A DNA stretch of 64,000 nt, from contig CAKZQG010000011.1 of NCBI GenBank assembly GCA_937139605.1, positions 1 to 64,000 on the forward strand, in the 5' to 3' direction. The stretch comes from an uncultured bacterium. Its GTDB lineage: Bacteria > DRYD01. The notes beneath the pieces were generated by a model. That model ran no database searches, had not been told where the DNA came from, and saw only the letters and a program-made list of their open reading frames with translations. Each line of letters opens with the position of its first letter. Within the stretch, counting starts at the first letter, position 1. The translations under genes and the position numbers were made by a program. Shown one piece after another: positions 21,240-30,976 of this stretch.

Positions 21240-21641
21240 ATGGATATAAATAATATAAATAATTTTAAAGACTTCAAAATAGGGGATAATAAATTAAAAA
21301 ATAAATTATCAGAAGGTTCAAGCATAGAAAATATTATACCTAAAAATACTACAGAAAATTTCAAAGATAATTTAGAAATAAAAGATAATATAACAATTAT
21401 TCCTGAAAGCAATTTCCAAAACGAACTAAATAATAATGAAATTCAAAATAAAGATAATAAAAATTTAAATACTTTTGAAAGCGATTTACAAACAGTACCA
21501 AAAAACTTAACTTTATTTGAAATAGAAAATGAACCTAATTTCGTAAATAAAACTCCAAAAAATAATGTAATAAAAACCTTTGGGCCAACTAATTTTCCAA
21601 ATAACCCCGAAGAAATGTTCATAAACCCTAAATACCTATAA
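21240..21641 (+). CDS. Hypothetical Asn/Lys-rich protein (divergent from pilin operon)
   Basis: Strong RBS AAAAGGGGTGAT 6 nt before the ATG. Preferred over the overlapping antisense 69-aa ORF. No recognisable domain. Confidence 0.35.
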   Translation: MDINNINNFKDFKIGDNKLKNKLSEGSSIENIIPKNTTENFKDNLEIKDNITIIPESNFQNELNNNEIQNKDNKNLNTFESDLQTVPKNLTLFEIENEPNFVNKTPKNNVIKTFGPTNFPNNPEEMFINPKYL

Positions 21642-21970
21642 AAAATAAAATAGCTAAAAAATATTTCAATTTATATTTAAGTTAAGTATTAGTAATAAAT
21701 TAGTCAATATCAATAAAGGAAGCTAGGAGCTAATAAATTAATAAAAAAATTATGTATTACTTTTAATTAGTTTTCTTTTAGTCGTTGCTGTTATTATTTC
21801 TGATATTTTCATATACTCTAGACTCACCTGTCATAGACAAAATATCCACTAAGATCTAGGCTATTTACTCTACCCACAGGTTTAAAAAAATAAACAATTT
21901 AATCTAGTTACACGTTAAAATGAGAAACAAAAAATTTTATTCTTATTTTAATTCAATAATAATTAAAAAA

Positions 21971-22717
21971 TTAATAATTTATTAAATTAATGAAGTACTT
22001 TATCAAAGGTAGCTGGTTATTAATAATTTCTTTTTGTTCTGGATGATATTGAACTGCTAAAATTGGATAATTATTATGTCTTATTATTTCAATTACTCCA
22101 TCTTTAGCAAGCGCGAGGATCTCAAAGTTATCTGCTAATTTTTTTATAGCTTGATGATGCCTTGAATTAACCAATTTTAATTCATTTACATCATTGACTA
22201 TTTCTTTCAGTTCTTCAAAAAATTTACCATAGATAACATGTCGTAATTTTCTTCTTGCATTAAAATCTTGGATTTCCGGGTAAATTTTATGAGAATTATC
22301 TATTACAATCCCTTTTACATCATATGGTAAATGCTGAAACAAAGTACCTTTAAAATAAACATTTATAACCTGTATTCCTCTACAAATCCCAAAAATTGGG
22401 ACTTTTTTATGATATTTTTCTAATAATTCCAACTCAAATTCATCTCTATTCTTATCAAATTTATATAAATCTTCTTCATATAAAACATTAGAATTATAGA
22501 ATTCAGGATAAACATCAACACCCCCACTTAAAATAATAATTACACTACCTTCTAAATCATTCACATTAGATTCTTCATAAAAAAAATACTTAGTTTCAAA
22601 ATTCTTATTAAACTTTTTATTAAATTCCTCTGTTATCAAATTAGCAAATTCCAAATATTCATGAAATACAATTTCATTAACATTTTTAGCTAAAACCAAA
22701 GATATCATATAAAACAC
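21971..22717 (-). CDS. Class I glutamine amidotransferase-like / peptidase C26 (gamma-glutamyl hydrolase, PuuD-like)
   Basis: GICRGIQVINV nucleophile elbow (G-x-C-x-G) and ILAVQYHPE His-Glu motif. Confidence 0.7.
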   Translation of the reverse strand: MFYMISLVLAKNVNEIVFHEYLEFANLITEEFNKKFNKNFETKYFFYEESNVNDLEGSVIIILSGGVDVYPEFYNSNVLYEEDLYKFDKNRDEFELELLEKYHKKVPIFGICRGIQVINVYFKGTLFQHLPYDVKGIVIDNSHKIYPEIQDFNARRKLRHVIYGKFFEELKEIVNDVNELKLVNSRHHQAIKKLADNFEILALAKDGVIEIIRHNNYPILAVQYHPEQKEIINNQLPLIKYFINLINY

Positions 22718-22735
22718 CCCCCTAATAAAAATAAA

Positions 22736-23605
22736 TTAATAAATTTTAAATATTACTTTCAAAATCTTTAATCCTAAATCCTGTAGCTGCTCATTTATTT
22801 TTTTTATTAATTCTAATTCCAAATCACCTTTTATTTTATTTATTATATCTTCATAATAAATATTACTAAACTCTTTTACAAGTATTTTATCTATAAATTG
22901 AATAAGAAAAGAAGAAAGGTCAAAATTAAGATTTTTTACAAATTTTGAAATATCAATAATCTCGAGAATAAAATTAGAATCCATATTGCATTTCTTTGAA
23001 TCTAAAGTATAATATGTACTATTTATTTTTAAATTGATATTAGATAATACTTTTTCAACAATTCCTTTAGTATCTATTATATTATTGATAACAGAGTTAT
23101 CAACTATAAATCCATTTTTGCCTAATTCAGCAACAAATATTTTATTTAAAATAGATATAACTTCTTCTTTATCATATAATAATTGATTCAAAGTAGATAA
23201 AGATATAGCTTCTTGCGCACATTCTAATAAAATTTTCTCGAGAATTTCATTTATTTCTTTATCACTTTTATTTAAAAATCTTTCAGCATACTTTAAAATA
23301 TCATCACTATAACCATGTACTTTAACACTAAAAGAAAAATCACATACAACTGGAACCCCATCCTTAGTTAAAACTTCATTAGTTTTTAAATTTATCAATC
23401 TAGATTCTAATGATATTTCAAAGGCTTGTTGAAGCATTGGTAAAACAACAGTCCCACCACCCTTTATAACTTTTCTTTCCCCAAAACCAAAAACAATCAA
23501 CGCCTTATTTATAGGAACTTTTTTATACATACTTAATAGCGTATTAATCAAAATTAGCAAAATAAGGATTAATATAATTATAGCTATTAAAACAAAAGTA
23601 CTCAT
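22736..23605 (-). CDS. SPFH/band-7 (flotillin/YqiK-like) membrane protein
   Basis: N-terminal TM helix followed by KKVPINKALIVFGFGERKVIKGGGTVVLPMLQ, typical of the start of the SPFH domain. Confidence 0.55.
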   Translation of the reverse strand: MSTFVLIAIIILILILLILINTLLSMYKKVPINKALIVFGFGERKVIKGGGTVVLPMLQQAFEISLESRLINLKTNEVLTKDGVPVVCDFSFSVKVHGYSDDILKYAERFLNKSDKEINEILEKILLECAQEAISLSTLNQLLYDKEEVISILNKIFVAELGKNGFIVDNSVINNIIDTKGIVEKVLSNINLKINSTYYTLDSKKCNMDSNFILEIIDISKFVKNLNFDLSSFLIQFIDKILVKEFSNIYYEDIINKIKGDLELELIKKINEQLQDLGLKILKVIFKIY

Positions 23606-23629
23606 ATTTTTTTATTATTCTTTTAATTA

Positions 23630-23818
23630 TTATGGATTATAATAGACAATTTGCTCAATAGAGTATTTTTCGGGAGGATAAGATTCTTCTAATTGAATAA
23701 TTCTATTAGCAATTATATCTGCTAAATCTTCTAAAGTACCTACTTTTTCTAACTGATATTCTTCAGAATAAATTTCATTATTAGTTTCATTATCTATTAT
23801 AACTAATTTAACTATCAT
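23630..23818 (-). CDS. Small hypothetical protein (62 aa)
   Basis: ORF only; acidic, no domain recognised. Confidence 0.25.
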   Translation of the reverse strand: MIVKLVIIDNETNNEIYSEEYQLEKVGTLEDLADIIANRIIQLEESYPPEKYSIEQIVYYNP

Positions 23819-23839
23819 TTAGAAAATAAAAATAAAAAA

Positions 23840-24049
23840 TTATTTAGGTAGGATATTAGATAGAGTTTTATAGGCGTATTTAGGGATTTCCACGTATAGT
23901 TTTTGTCTTCGTTTAGTAGCTTTAGATTTTTTTCTTCTTAAGTGTCCGCAACCCGTATTAGTTTGTTTATGTAAGATCTTTCCAGTAGCTGTTATTTTAA
24001 ATCTTTTAACTAATGCTCTTTTAGTTTTTAATTTAGCTTTTTTAGCCAT
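23840..24049 (-). CDS. rpmI: 50S ribosomal protein L35
   Basis: 69 aa, highly basic. KTKRALVKRFKITATGKILHK...HLRRKK..KRRQKL matches the L35 pattern (K.K...KRFK.T..GK....H...L.KK....R.L). No infC or rplT adjacent. Confidence 0.65.
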   Translation of the reverse strand: MAKKAKLKTKRALVKRFKITATGKILHKQTNTGCGHLRRKKSKATKRRQKLYVEIPKYAYKTLSNILPK

Positions 24050-24084
24050 TATATTTCCCTCCAGTTTTTGTTTATTATTTATAA

Positions 24085-24627
24085 TTATTCTTTTTTAGCT
24101 ATACTAACGGCTGCTAGTATAGCTGCTAATATTAAAATCCCTGCTAATTCAAATAATAAAAAGAATTTTCCACCGTTTATAAGATTATCTTCTTTGTATA
24201 TATTAAAAAATGCGTTAGCAAAATGTGATAAAGTTAGCTTTATATTATTAACAGTAATTTTTCCAATAGAAAAGAGATCATAAAAAATGAAAAAGAATAC
24301 TGTAAAAAACGCTAATATAAGGAAAACTGCTAAAGCGGCAGCCCAAGAATAATGAGGTTTAAAATCAATAAGTGAAGCATCTTGTAAAGATTTTATCTTA
24401 GCTGGCGAATGCATTATTGCAAATAATATTAAAATCGCAATAGCTCCAGCATAAATTATTAGCTGAACTACTGCCAAAAACTCAGCACCTAAAAGTAAAT
24501 AAACTCCACCTAAGAATATAAACGCAAAAACTAACGCAGTAGCAGCCCTAAAAATATCCCTATTAAACACAGCTACTAAACTAAAAATCCCTATCAATGT
24601 TAATAACAATAAATAAATCGTCTTCAT
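24085..24627 (-). CDS. NuoJ/ND6-like membrane subunit (NADH-quinone oxidoreductase subunit J family fold), solitary
   Basis: 180 aa, 5 TM. N-terminal FNRDIFRAATALVFAFIFLGGVYLLLGAEFLAVVQLIIYAGAIAILILF resembles NuoJ. No other nuo genes in the window. Confidence 0.4.
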   Translation of the reverse strand: MKTIYLLLLTLIGIFSLVAVFNRDIFRAATALVFAFIFLGGVYLLLGAEFLAVVQLIIYAGAIAILILFAIMHSPAKIKSLQDASLIDFKPHYSWAAALAVFLILAFFTVFFFIFYDLFSIGKITVNNIKLTLSHFANAFFNIYKEDNLINGGKFFLLFELAGILILAAILAAVSIAKKE

Positions 24628-24687
24628 AATTTTATTATTATATATTTTATCTAAAAAACCTCCTAAAAAAATAAATATATTTAAAGT

Positions 24688-27060
24688 TTAAAAGATATTA
24701 AAAACAAGTAAGGAAATAGAGCTTAAAGCCATAGCAATAGAAGCTAACATCGGATTAATAAACACACCTAAACCATAAAATGCTCCCATAGCAACAGGTA
24801 TTAATAAAATATTATAAAAAAATACCCAAAACAAATTGAACCTTAACTTATTAAAAGTATTTAAACTAATTAAATAAAAATTCTTTAAAAAAGATATATC
24901 TTTTAAAATAACATCTGCTAAATTTTGACTCAAATCATTACCATATTCAAAAGAAATGCCAACATCAGCTTCCTTTATAACTAAACTATCATTAATTCCA
25001 TCTCCAATAAAAACAACAGGCCCCTCTTTTTTTAATTGAGTTAAAATATTATACTTTTTAACACTATCTACTTCATAAAAAATTTTATCTAAAGTAATAC
25101 CAATTTTCTTAGCTAAATTAATAGCAGATTCCTTAGAAGCACCAGTTAAAACATATATTTCCTTTTTATTATCTTTTAAAAACTTAATTAATTCAAAAAC
25201 TTTAGGTATTATCTCCTCTTGATAATTTATATACCCAATAAAAACTATCTCTTTTCCATTATTTAAATGACAAAAAATAATAAAATAAACTTTCAAATCT
25301 TCTAAATTATTTTTATCATTAATTTTATTATTAATATTTTCATTAATATCAAAATTCAAATTATTAATAATTTTATTTAAATTTTCATAAAAGAATTCTT
25401 TACTTCCTAAATAAACTTGATACTCAATATCTATTTTTTTATTATTTAATTCCTGATTAAAACTAACTTTAGAAAATATCCCTTTAGAAGTAATTTCTTT
25501 AAATTCTATTATTTTATGATATTTTAACAATTTATATAAACTAATTTTATACTTTTCCTTAATAAAATTATTTATAGTTTTAGATAATATATGATTAGAT
25601 TTATAAGTAGAAATAAATAAAGCTTGATTAACAAAATTGTTAATAAAATCATTATCAATAAAATCATTATTAGTATCTAAATTACCATTTTCATAATTAT
25701 AAATAGTAAAAAACTTTAAATCATTTATAATAAATTTATCGGAAGTAATAGTACCTGTTTTATCAAAAACAAATATTTTAGATTTAATAATTTTTTCGAA
25801 AGAAGAAATATCTTTAACTAATATGTTATTTTTAATAGAGTTAATAATGCCTTTATTAATAGCTAAGGGATAAGCTAACCCTATAGCACAAGGACAAGCT
25901 ACAATTAAAGTAGAAATAAAACTCTTAAAAGCCATATCATCATTATTAAAAATAAACTTCCAAACAATTAAACTCAAAACAGCTAAACTAAAAACAATAA
26001 TAACAAAATTCCCCGATATTCTATCAACTAAACTTAAATATTTTTTTTCCTTATTTGAAATATTTTTAATTAAATATTCCAATGAATTCCAAAAGGAATG
26101 CTGATAATTTTGGATAGCTTTTATTTTTATATTTCCATCATAAATTAAAGCCCCAGAAACAACTTTATCATTAACATTTACATTTATTTTATTAATTTCG
26201 CCATAAATAAAGTTCAAATCAATTAAAGCTTGGCCTTCTAAAATTATCCCATCAACAGGCACAAAATCCCCTTTCCTTAACTCTATAATATCTCCCTCTT
26301 TTATATCATAAATACTTAATTCCTTAACCTCATTATCAATAAATACTAAAACCTTTTGAGGTTTATATCTTAATAAATTAGTTATACTCCCAATTTTTTT
26401 AGATTTTAATCTATTTTCAATATATTTACCTAATAAAATAATAGAAATAATAATACTAGAAGTTTCAAAATAATAATTATGATGTTTAATAAAAAAATTG
26501 TAAACGCTATAAAAATAAGCAGAAGAAGTAGATAAAGTGATCAATACGTCCATATTAAGAATCCCATTCTTTATAGCAAAATAAGAATTCCTAAAAAATC
26601 TATACCCCCCAACTAAATATACAACACTAGAAATTAAAAATACTAAATACAAAACTTTACTATTATTTATCATAAGCTTATGAAAAAACATTGAAATTAT
26701 TAAAACAATACTAGCTAAAAAATTTATAAATAAAACAAACACAAACTCCTTATCAAAAAAAATATTATTAACTTTTTCTTGCTTAAAAGCAATATCTTTA
26801 TCACTAAAATTTTTATCTTTTTGTAATAACTCAAATTTATATCCTAAACTTTCTATATCATTTTTTATATTTTCTAAAATGTTATAATCCTTTAAAGATA
26901 TAAACAATTTAGAAGAGTTCAAATCAAGATCAAAAAAATTAATTTCATTTTCATATTTTTTTAATTTAGATTTAATAGTATTAACACAATTAACGCAATG
27001 CATTCTGTTAATATAAACTTCTAATAAATCATTTTCTAAGTTGCTTTTAGTTTTACTCAT
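24688..27060 (-). CDS. copA: Heavy-metal (Cu+-type) translocating P1B-ATPase
   Basis: N-terminal MHCVNC metal-binding motif, CPC in TM6 (ACPCAIGLAYP), DKTGTIT phosphorylation site, GDGINDS hinge. Confidence 0.85.
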   Translation of the reverse strand: MSKTKSNLENDLLEVYINRMHCVNCVNTIKSKLKKYENEINFFDLDLNSSKLFISLKDYNILENIKNDIESLGYKFELLQKDKNFSDKDIAFKQEKVNNIFFDKEFVFVLFINFLASIVLIISMFFHKLMINNSKVLYLVFLISSVVYLVGGYRFFRNSYFAIKNGILNMDVLITLSTSSAYFYSVYNFFIKHHNYYFETSSIIISIILLGKYIENRLKSKKIGSITNLLRYKPQKVLVFIDNEVKELSIYDIKEGDIIELRKGDFVPVDGIILEGQALIDLNFIYGEINKINVNVNDKVVSGALIYDGNIKIKAIQNYQHSFWNSLEYLIKNISNKEKKYLSLVDRISGNFVIIVFSLAVLSLIVWKFIFNNDDMAFKSFISTLIVACPCAIGLAYPLAINKGIINSIKNNILVKDISSFEKIIKSKIFVFDKTGTITSDKFIINDLKFFTIYNYENGNLDTNNDFIDNDFINNFVNQALFISTYKSNHILSKTINNFIKEKYKISLYKLLKYHKIIEFKEITSKGIFSKVSFNQELNNKKIDIEYQVYLGSKEFFYENLNKIINNLNFDINENINNKINDKNNLEDLKVYFIIFCHLNNGKEIVFIGYINYQEEIIPKVFELIKFLKDNKKEIYVLTGASKESAINLAKKIGITLDKIFYEVDSVKKYNILTQLKKEGPVVFIGDGINDSLVIKEADVGISFEYGNDLSQNLADVILKDISFLKNFYLISLNTFNKLRFNLFWVFFYNILLIPVAMGAFYGLGVFINPMLASIAMALSSISLLVFNIF

Positions 27061-27305
27061 TAATTATACCCCTCCCTTACTATTATTCTTTCTATTAATA
27101 TTATTCTTTTTATATTGCATTACCTCCTTTAATTAATAAAATTTAGCACAAAATGTAAAACTAAAATATTAATTAGACAAAAATTTACTTTTTTAACATT
27201 ATCTTCCTTATTTTTTTTTATTTTTTATTAATATTTATTAATGTAAATCCCAAGAATAAAAAGCATAATAAAAAACAAAAATATAATACAGGAGGTATAA
27301 ATGTA

Positions 27306-28174
27306 ATGATAAATTCAACACCTATAAATAATTCATTATCCAACGCAAATTCCTCTAAAGTTCAAAATCCAGAAAATAATGACAACAAAGTAGAGGATAT
27401 TTCAATATTAACAGCTGGTAAAAGCGTTTTAGCGGCTTTAACAGATTCCTTAATTATGGGTACTGGTAATACTCTTGTAACTTTAAAAAACTTACCAAAA
27501 ATATCTATCAATACTTTTAAAGCTATAAAAATACGGAACTTATTGGTCCCAACTTAAAAGCTTTATTATTTTCAGTTTTACCTTTAGGTATAATTATAGC
27601 ACCGGTATTAACTGCATTAGCTTGTTTCCTATTTGGTTTATTTAAAGGAGTTGATAATATCCTCGATAATAAAAAAACTTTAGCAGAATCAATATCAGAT
27701 ACTATAAATACTGTATCAAAATTTGATAACAAAATACTTAAAGAAGAACTACAAAATATAATTAAAGATTTTGAAAATGTAAAATTAGAAGATGGAGAAA
27801 AGCCAGTAGATATAAAAGTATACGAAACTTTTAGAGGAATAGTAGCTTCTCTTATAAATGGGGCAATAGGAACAGCTGTATTTCCTACAGTAACCTTAGC
27901 TAACTTACCTAGTATTTTAATCAATTTTTATAAAGAAGTATTAAAAAACCAAGAAATAGGTCCAGTTTATAAATCAACTATAATTATTTTATCACTCTTA
28001 GCTTTGCCACTTATCCCCCCACTTAGCACAGTAGGAGGAACTATTTATGGGTTATACAAAGGATTAACTGAAGGATATAAAGAAGGAATATCTAAAAGTA
28101 TATCAGAATTACTTAAAGACGTTAAAGAATACAACAAATTCCTAAAAACATTAAATAAAAATGAAGAGCTATAA
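27306..28174 (+). pseudogene. Membrane protein gene interrupted by a -1 frame transition (83-aa N-terminal ORF in frame 0 at 27306-27557, ~218-codon ATG-less continuation in frame 2 from 27521 to 28174)
   Basis: Frame-2 reading from 27521 is open to the TAA at 28172-28174 without any in-frame ATG and encodes several TM helices. The two ORFs overlap at an A5 run (27527-27531); a 1-nt insertion there would fuse them. Confidence 0.45.
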
Positions 28175-28228
28175 AATAAAAAATTTACTTATAACATATT
28201 AATTTAAAAAACTAAAACAAAATATTAT

Positions 28229-28264
28229 AAGGGGAACATTTAAAAAGTTCCCCTTATTTATTTT
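28229..28264 (+). terminator. Rho-independent terminator (perfect 9-bp GC-rich stem)
   Basis: AAGGGGAAC-atttaaaaa-GTTCCCCTT followed by ATTTATTTT. Sits 55 nt downstream of the stop at 28174. Confidence 0.6.
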
Positions 28265-28454
28265 AGAGATAAATCTTCTATAATTTTTATTATATTAAAA
28301 TATAATAAAAAAGCAAACAACTATTTTTTTAATTACTTTTAAGCTAAATCTCTTCTTTTTCATAATGAAAGTAATAAATAATTAAAAATTATAATAAAAG
28401 ATACCAAAACAAAAAAATCTATAAGAATTTTTAAAATCTAATAAGCTTTTTTAA

Positions 28455-30110
28455 TTATTTAATAACATATTTACCTAGATAAGGTTTAACTTTTCCTTGA
28501 TCTAAAATATATTCTTTAAAACAGTACTGACATTTAGAATAATTATTATCATCAAAGATCAACTTATTTCCACATTGGCAAACCCAACCTATCTGCTTAG
28601 CAGGTACTCCAACAACAAGTGCATAATCAGGTACATCCCTATTAACAACAGCACCAGCACCAACAAACGCATACTCCCCAATAGTTACCCCACAAACAAT
28701 AGTAGCATTAGCACCAATAGTAGCACCTTTCTTTACTAACGTATTCCTAAATTCATGTTTTCTTTCAATAAAAGCTCTAGGGTTATATACATTAGTAAAA
28801 ACACAAGAAGGACCACAAAAAACATCATCTTCTAATATAACCCCCTTGTATATTGAAACATTATTCTGTATCTTACAATTATTACCAATAACAACATCAG
28901 GCCCTATCATAACATTCTGCCCTATAATAACATTAGCGCCAATTTTAGTGTTTTTTAAAATATGAGAAAAATGCCAAATCTTAGTATTAGAACCTATTTC
29001 CACATTTTCATCTACATAACTACTCTCATGTACAAAAACATCCTTTAATTCACTTTTTATCTTGCTGTTTTTAATATAAATCTCAGAATAGCTATTTTGA
29101 GATTCTATTTTTTGTTGGGATTCTAATTGTTTTTGTGCAATTTCTAAAACCCTTAAAACTCTCAAAGATTCATAAGAATCAGTTAATGGTTTTTTATTAT
29201 TTAAAATACAATCAATAAAATGAATCAGTTCATTTTTAAGGGGCTCAGATTTATCAATTTCTATTATTTCATATTCAGCTTTATTAGCAACAGGAATCTT
29301 CCCATCTATCCAAGTAGTTTTATGGGGGTATAAAAATAGCTTTTCTTTAGTTAAATCATCAAAAACAATCATCCCTTCACTACCGACAAAAACCATCTTT
29401 TGCTCCTTATAAGGATGTAACCAACTAACAAAAATATGCCCCTTAACATTATTATCAAACTCTAAAATAGTAGTAGTAGCATCAAAAATCCCTTTATTAA
29501 GATAATCTCCACCAAATGAAAAAACCTTAATAGGTTCTTTACCAAGTATATATAAAATTACCGAAATATCATGAGGAGCAAAAGACCACAAAATATTCTC
29601 TTCTACCCTTATCTTCCCTATATTCAATCTATTAGAATAAAAATAAAATAACTTTCCAATTACTCCTTTATTAATTAACTCTTTTATTTTAGGGATAGCA
29701 GGATGATAAAGCAATATATGCCCAACCATAAGCACTTTATTTTTAGCCGTAGCTAAATTATGTAATTCTAAAGCTTGATTATAATTTAAAGCTAAAGGTT
29801 TTTCTACAAATACGTGTTTATCATTAAACAAAGCAAGCCTAACTAATTCGTAATGAGTAGCAGCAGGCGTAGAAATAATAACCCCATCTAAATCCTTATC
29901 CTCTATTATTTCATTTAAATCATTTTTTATAATCACTTCTTTTAATATTTCTTTATTAGATAATTCATTATTAATAAAGTTAATAATATTTTGAGTATTT
30001 TTATCAACAATATATTTTAATTTAAAGTTTTTAAATGTTTGTTCAAGATTTATTAGGTTTTTTAGGATATTTTTCCCCCAGTAGCCAACCCCAACATGAG
30101 CTAAATTCAT
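28455..30110 (-). CDS. Bifunctional Gfo/Idh/MocA sugar-nucleotide dehydrogenase (WbpB-like) fused to left-handed beta-helix N-acetyltransferase (WbpD/PglD-like) with C-terminal Cys4 ribbon
   Basis: N-term [13 protein letters not shown] Rossmann motif and EKPLALN motif. C-term hexapeptide repeats ([32 protein letters not shown]...), then CQCGNK...CQYC. Start set at MNLAHV after a GGGGG RBS. Confidence 0.7.
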   Translation of the reverse strand: MNLAHVGVGYWGKNILKNLINLEQTFKNFKLKYIVDKNTQNIINFINNELSNKEILKEVIIKNDLNEIIEDKDLDGVIISTPAATHYELVRLALFNDKHVFVEKPLALNYNQALELHNLATAKNKVLMVGHILLYHPAIPKIKELINKGVIGKLFYFYSNRLNIGKIRVEENILWSFAPHDISVILYILGKEPIKVFSFGGDYLNKGIFDATTTILEFDNNVKGHIFVSWLHPYKEQKMVFVGSEGMIVFDDLTKEKLFLYPHKTTWIDGKIPVANKAEYEIIEIDKSEPLKNELIHFIDCILNNKKPLTDSYESLRVLRVLEIAQKQLESQQKIESQNSYSEIYIKNSKIKSELKDVFVHESSYVDENVEIGSNTKIWHFSHILKNTKIGANVIIGQNVMIGPDVVIGNNCKIQNNVSIYKGVILEDDVFCGPSCVFTNVYNPRAFIERKHEFRNTLVKKGATIGANATIVCGVTIGEYAFVGAGAVVNRDVPDYALVVGVPAKQIGWVCQCGNKLIFDDNNYSKCQYCFKEYILDQGKVKPYLGKYVIK

Positions 30111-30145
30111 AAAAAATCCCCCTTTATTTTTTATATCTTTTACTT

Positions 30146-30910
30146 TTAGCACATTTTTTTTATAAATATCTTTTGTAATTCCTTAATTTTTTTAGAATTA
30201 ATAATTTTAGGTTTATTTAGCATTAGAGAATAATAATAAATTTTAGCAGCATGCTCAATAGTTTTAGTAATATCAATTAATTTATCTAAATCATTACCAA
30301 AAACTACTAAACCATGATTAAACATAATAACAGGAAAATACCCTTCTTTCTTTATTTTATTAACTACTTTATTAGCTAATTTTAAAGTAGAAGGAGTTTC
30401 ATAACGAACATATATAATCTTGGGAATTTTTAAATAAGATTCCGGCATTATTTTAGTTTCTATCTTCTTATTTAAAACAGCAAAAACAGTACAATAAAAC
30501 GGATGTGTATGAATTATAAAGTTAATATTATTTAATTCTTTATAGATAGCTAAATGTAAATTAATTTCAGAAGTTTGTTTTAATCCATGAATTAAATTAT
30601 TATCTAAATCAATTAAACTTAGTTCATCCTTAGTTAATCTGTTTTTAGGTTTTAAAGAACTTATAGAACTAGGAGTAGATAAAACGTATTTGGTTTGCTT
30701 ATACTCTATTAAAGTACTAACATTACCAGAAGTATTAGGAAAATAATTTTCATCTAACTCCTGCAAAACTTTTAAAATATATTGAGAATAATTATTATAA
30801 ATAAAATCTATATCTTCTTTAGTAAGATTATTATTATTTTGTTTATTATTTTTAGTTTTTAACATACAAAAAGAATAAAAATCTTTAAGTAAAAAGATAA
30901 AATCTCCCAC
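30146..30910 (-). CDS. Class II aldolase/adducin-family protein (fuculose-1-P aldolase / ribulose-5-P 4-epimerase-like)
   Basis: GNVSTLIEY and [12 protein letters not shown] (metal-binding His cluster) motifs. Immediately upstream of the dehydrogenase-acetyltransferase gene and co-oriented with it. Confidence 0.65.
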   Translation of the reverse strand: MGDFIFLLKDFYSFCMLKTKNNKQNNNNLTKEDIDFIYNNYSQYILKVLQELDENYFPNTSGNVSTLIEYKQTKYVLSTPSSISSLKPKNRLTKDELSLIDLDNNLIHGLKQTSEINLHLAIYKELNNINFIIHTHPFYCTVFAVLNKKIETKIMPESYLKIPKIIYVRYETPSTLKLANKVVNKIKKEGYFPVIMFNHGLVVFGNDLDKLIDITKTIEHAAKIYYYSLMLNKPKIINSKKIKELQKIFIKKMC

Positions 30911-30976
30911 GTATATAAAATATTAATACGTGGGAGATTTTTAATCTTATTTTAATTTTATTTTAATTTAATATTT

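Noticed and set aside
21203-21412. 69-aa minus-strand ORF in the divergent region upstream of the pilin operon
   Set aside because: Overlaps the plus-strand ORF 21240-21641, which has a strong AAAAGGGGTGAT RBS. The minus ORF has none.
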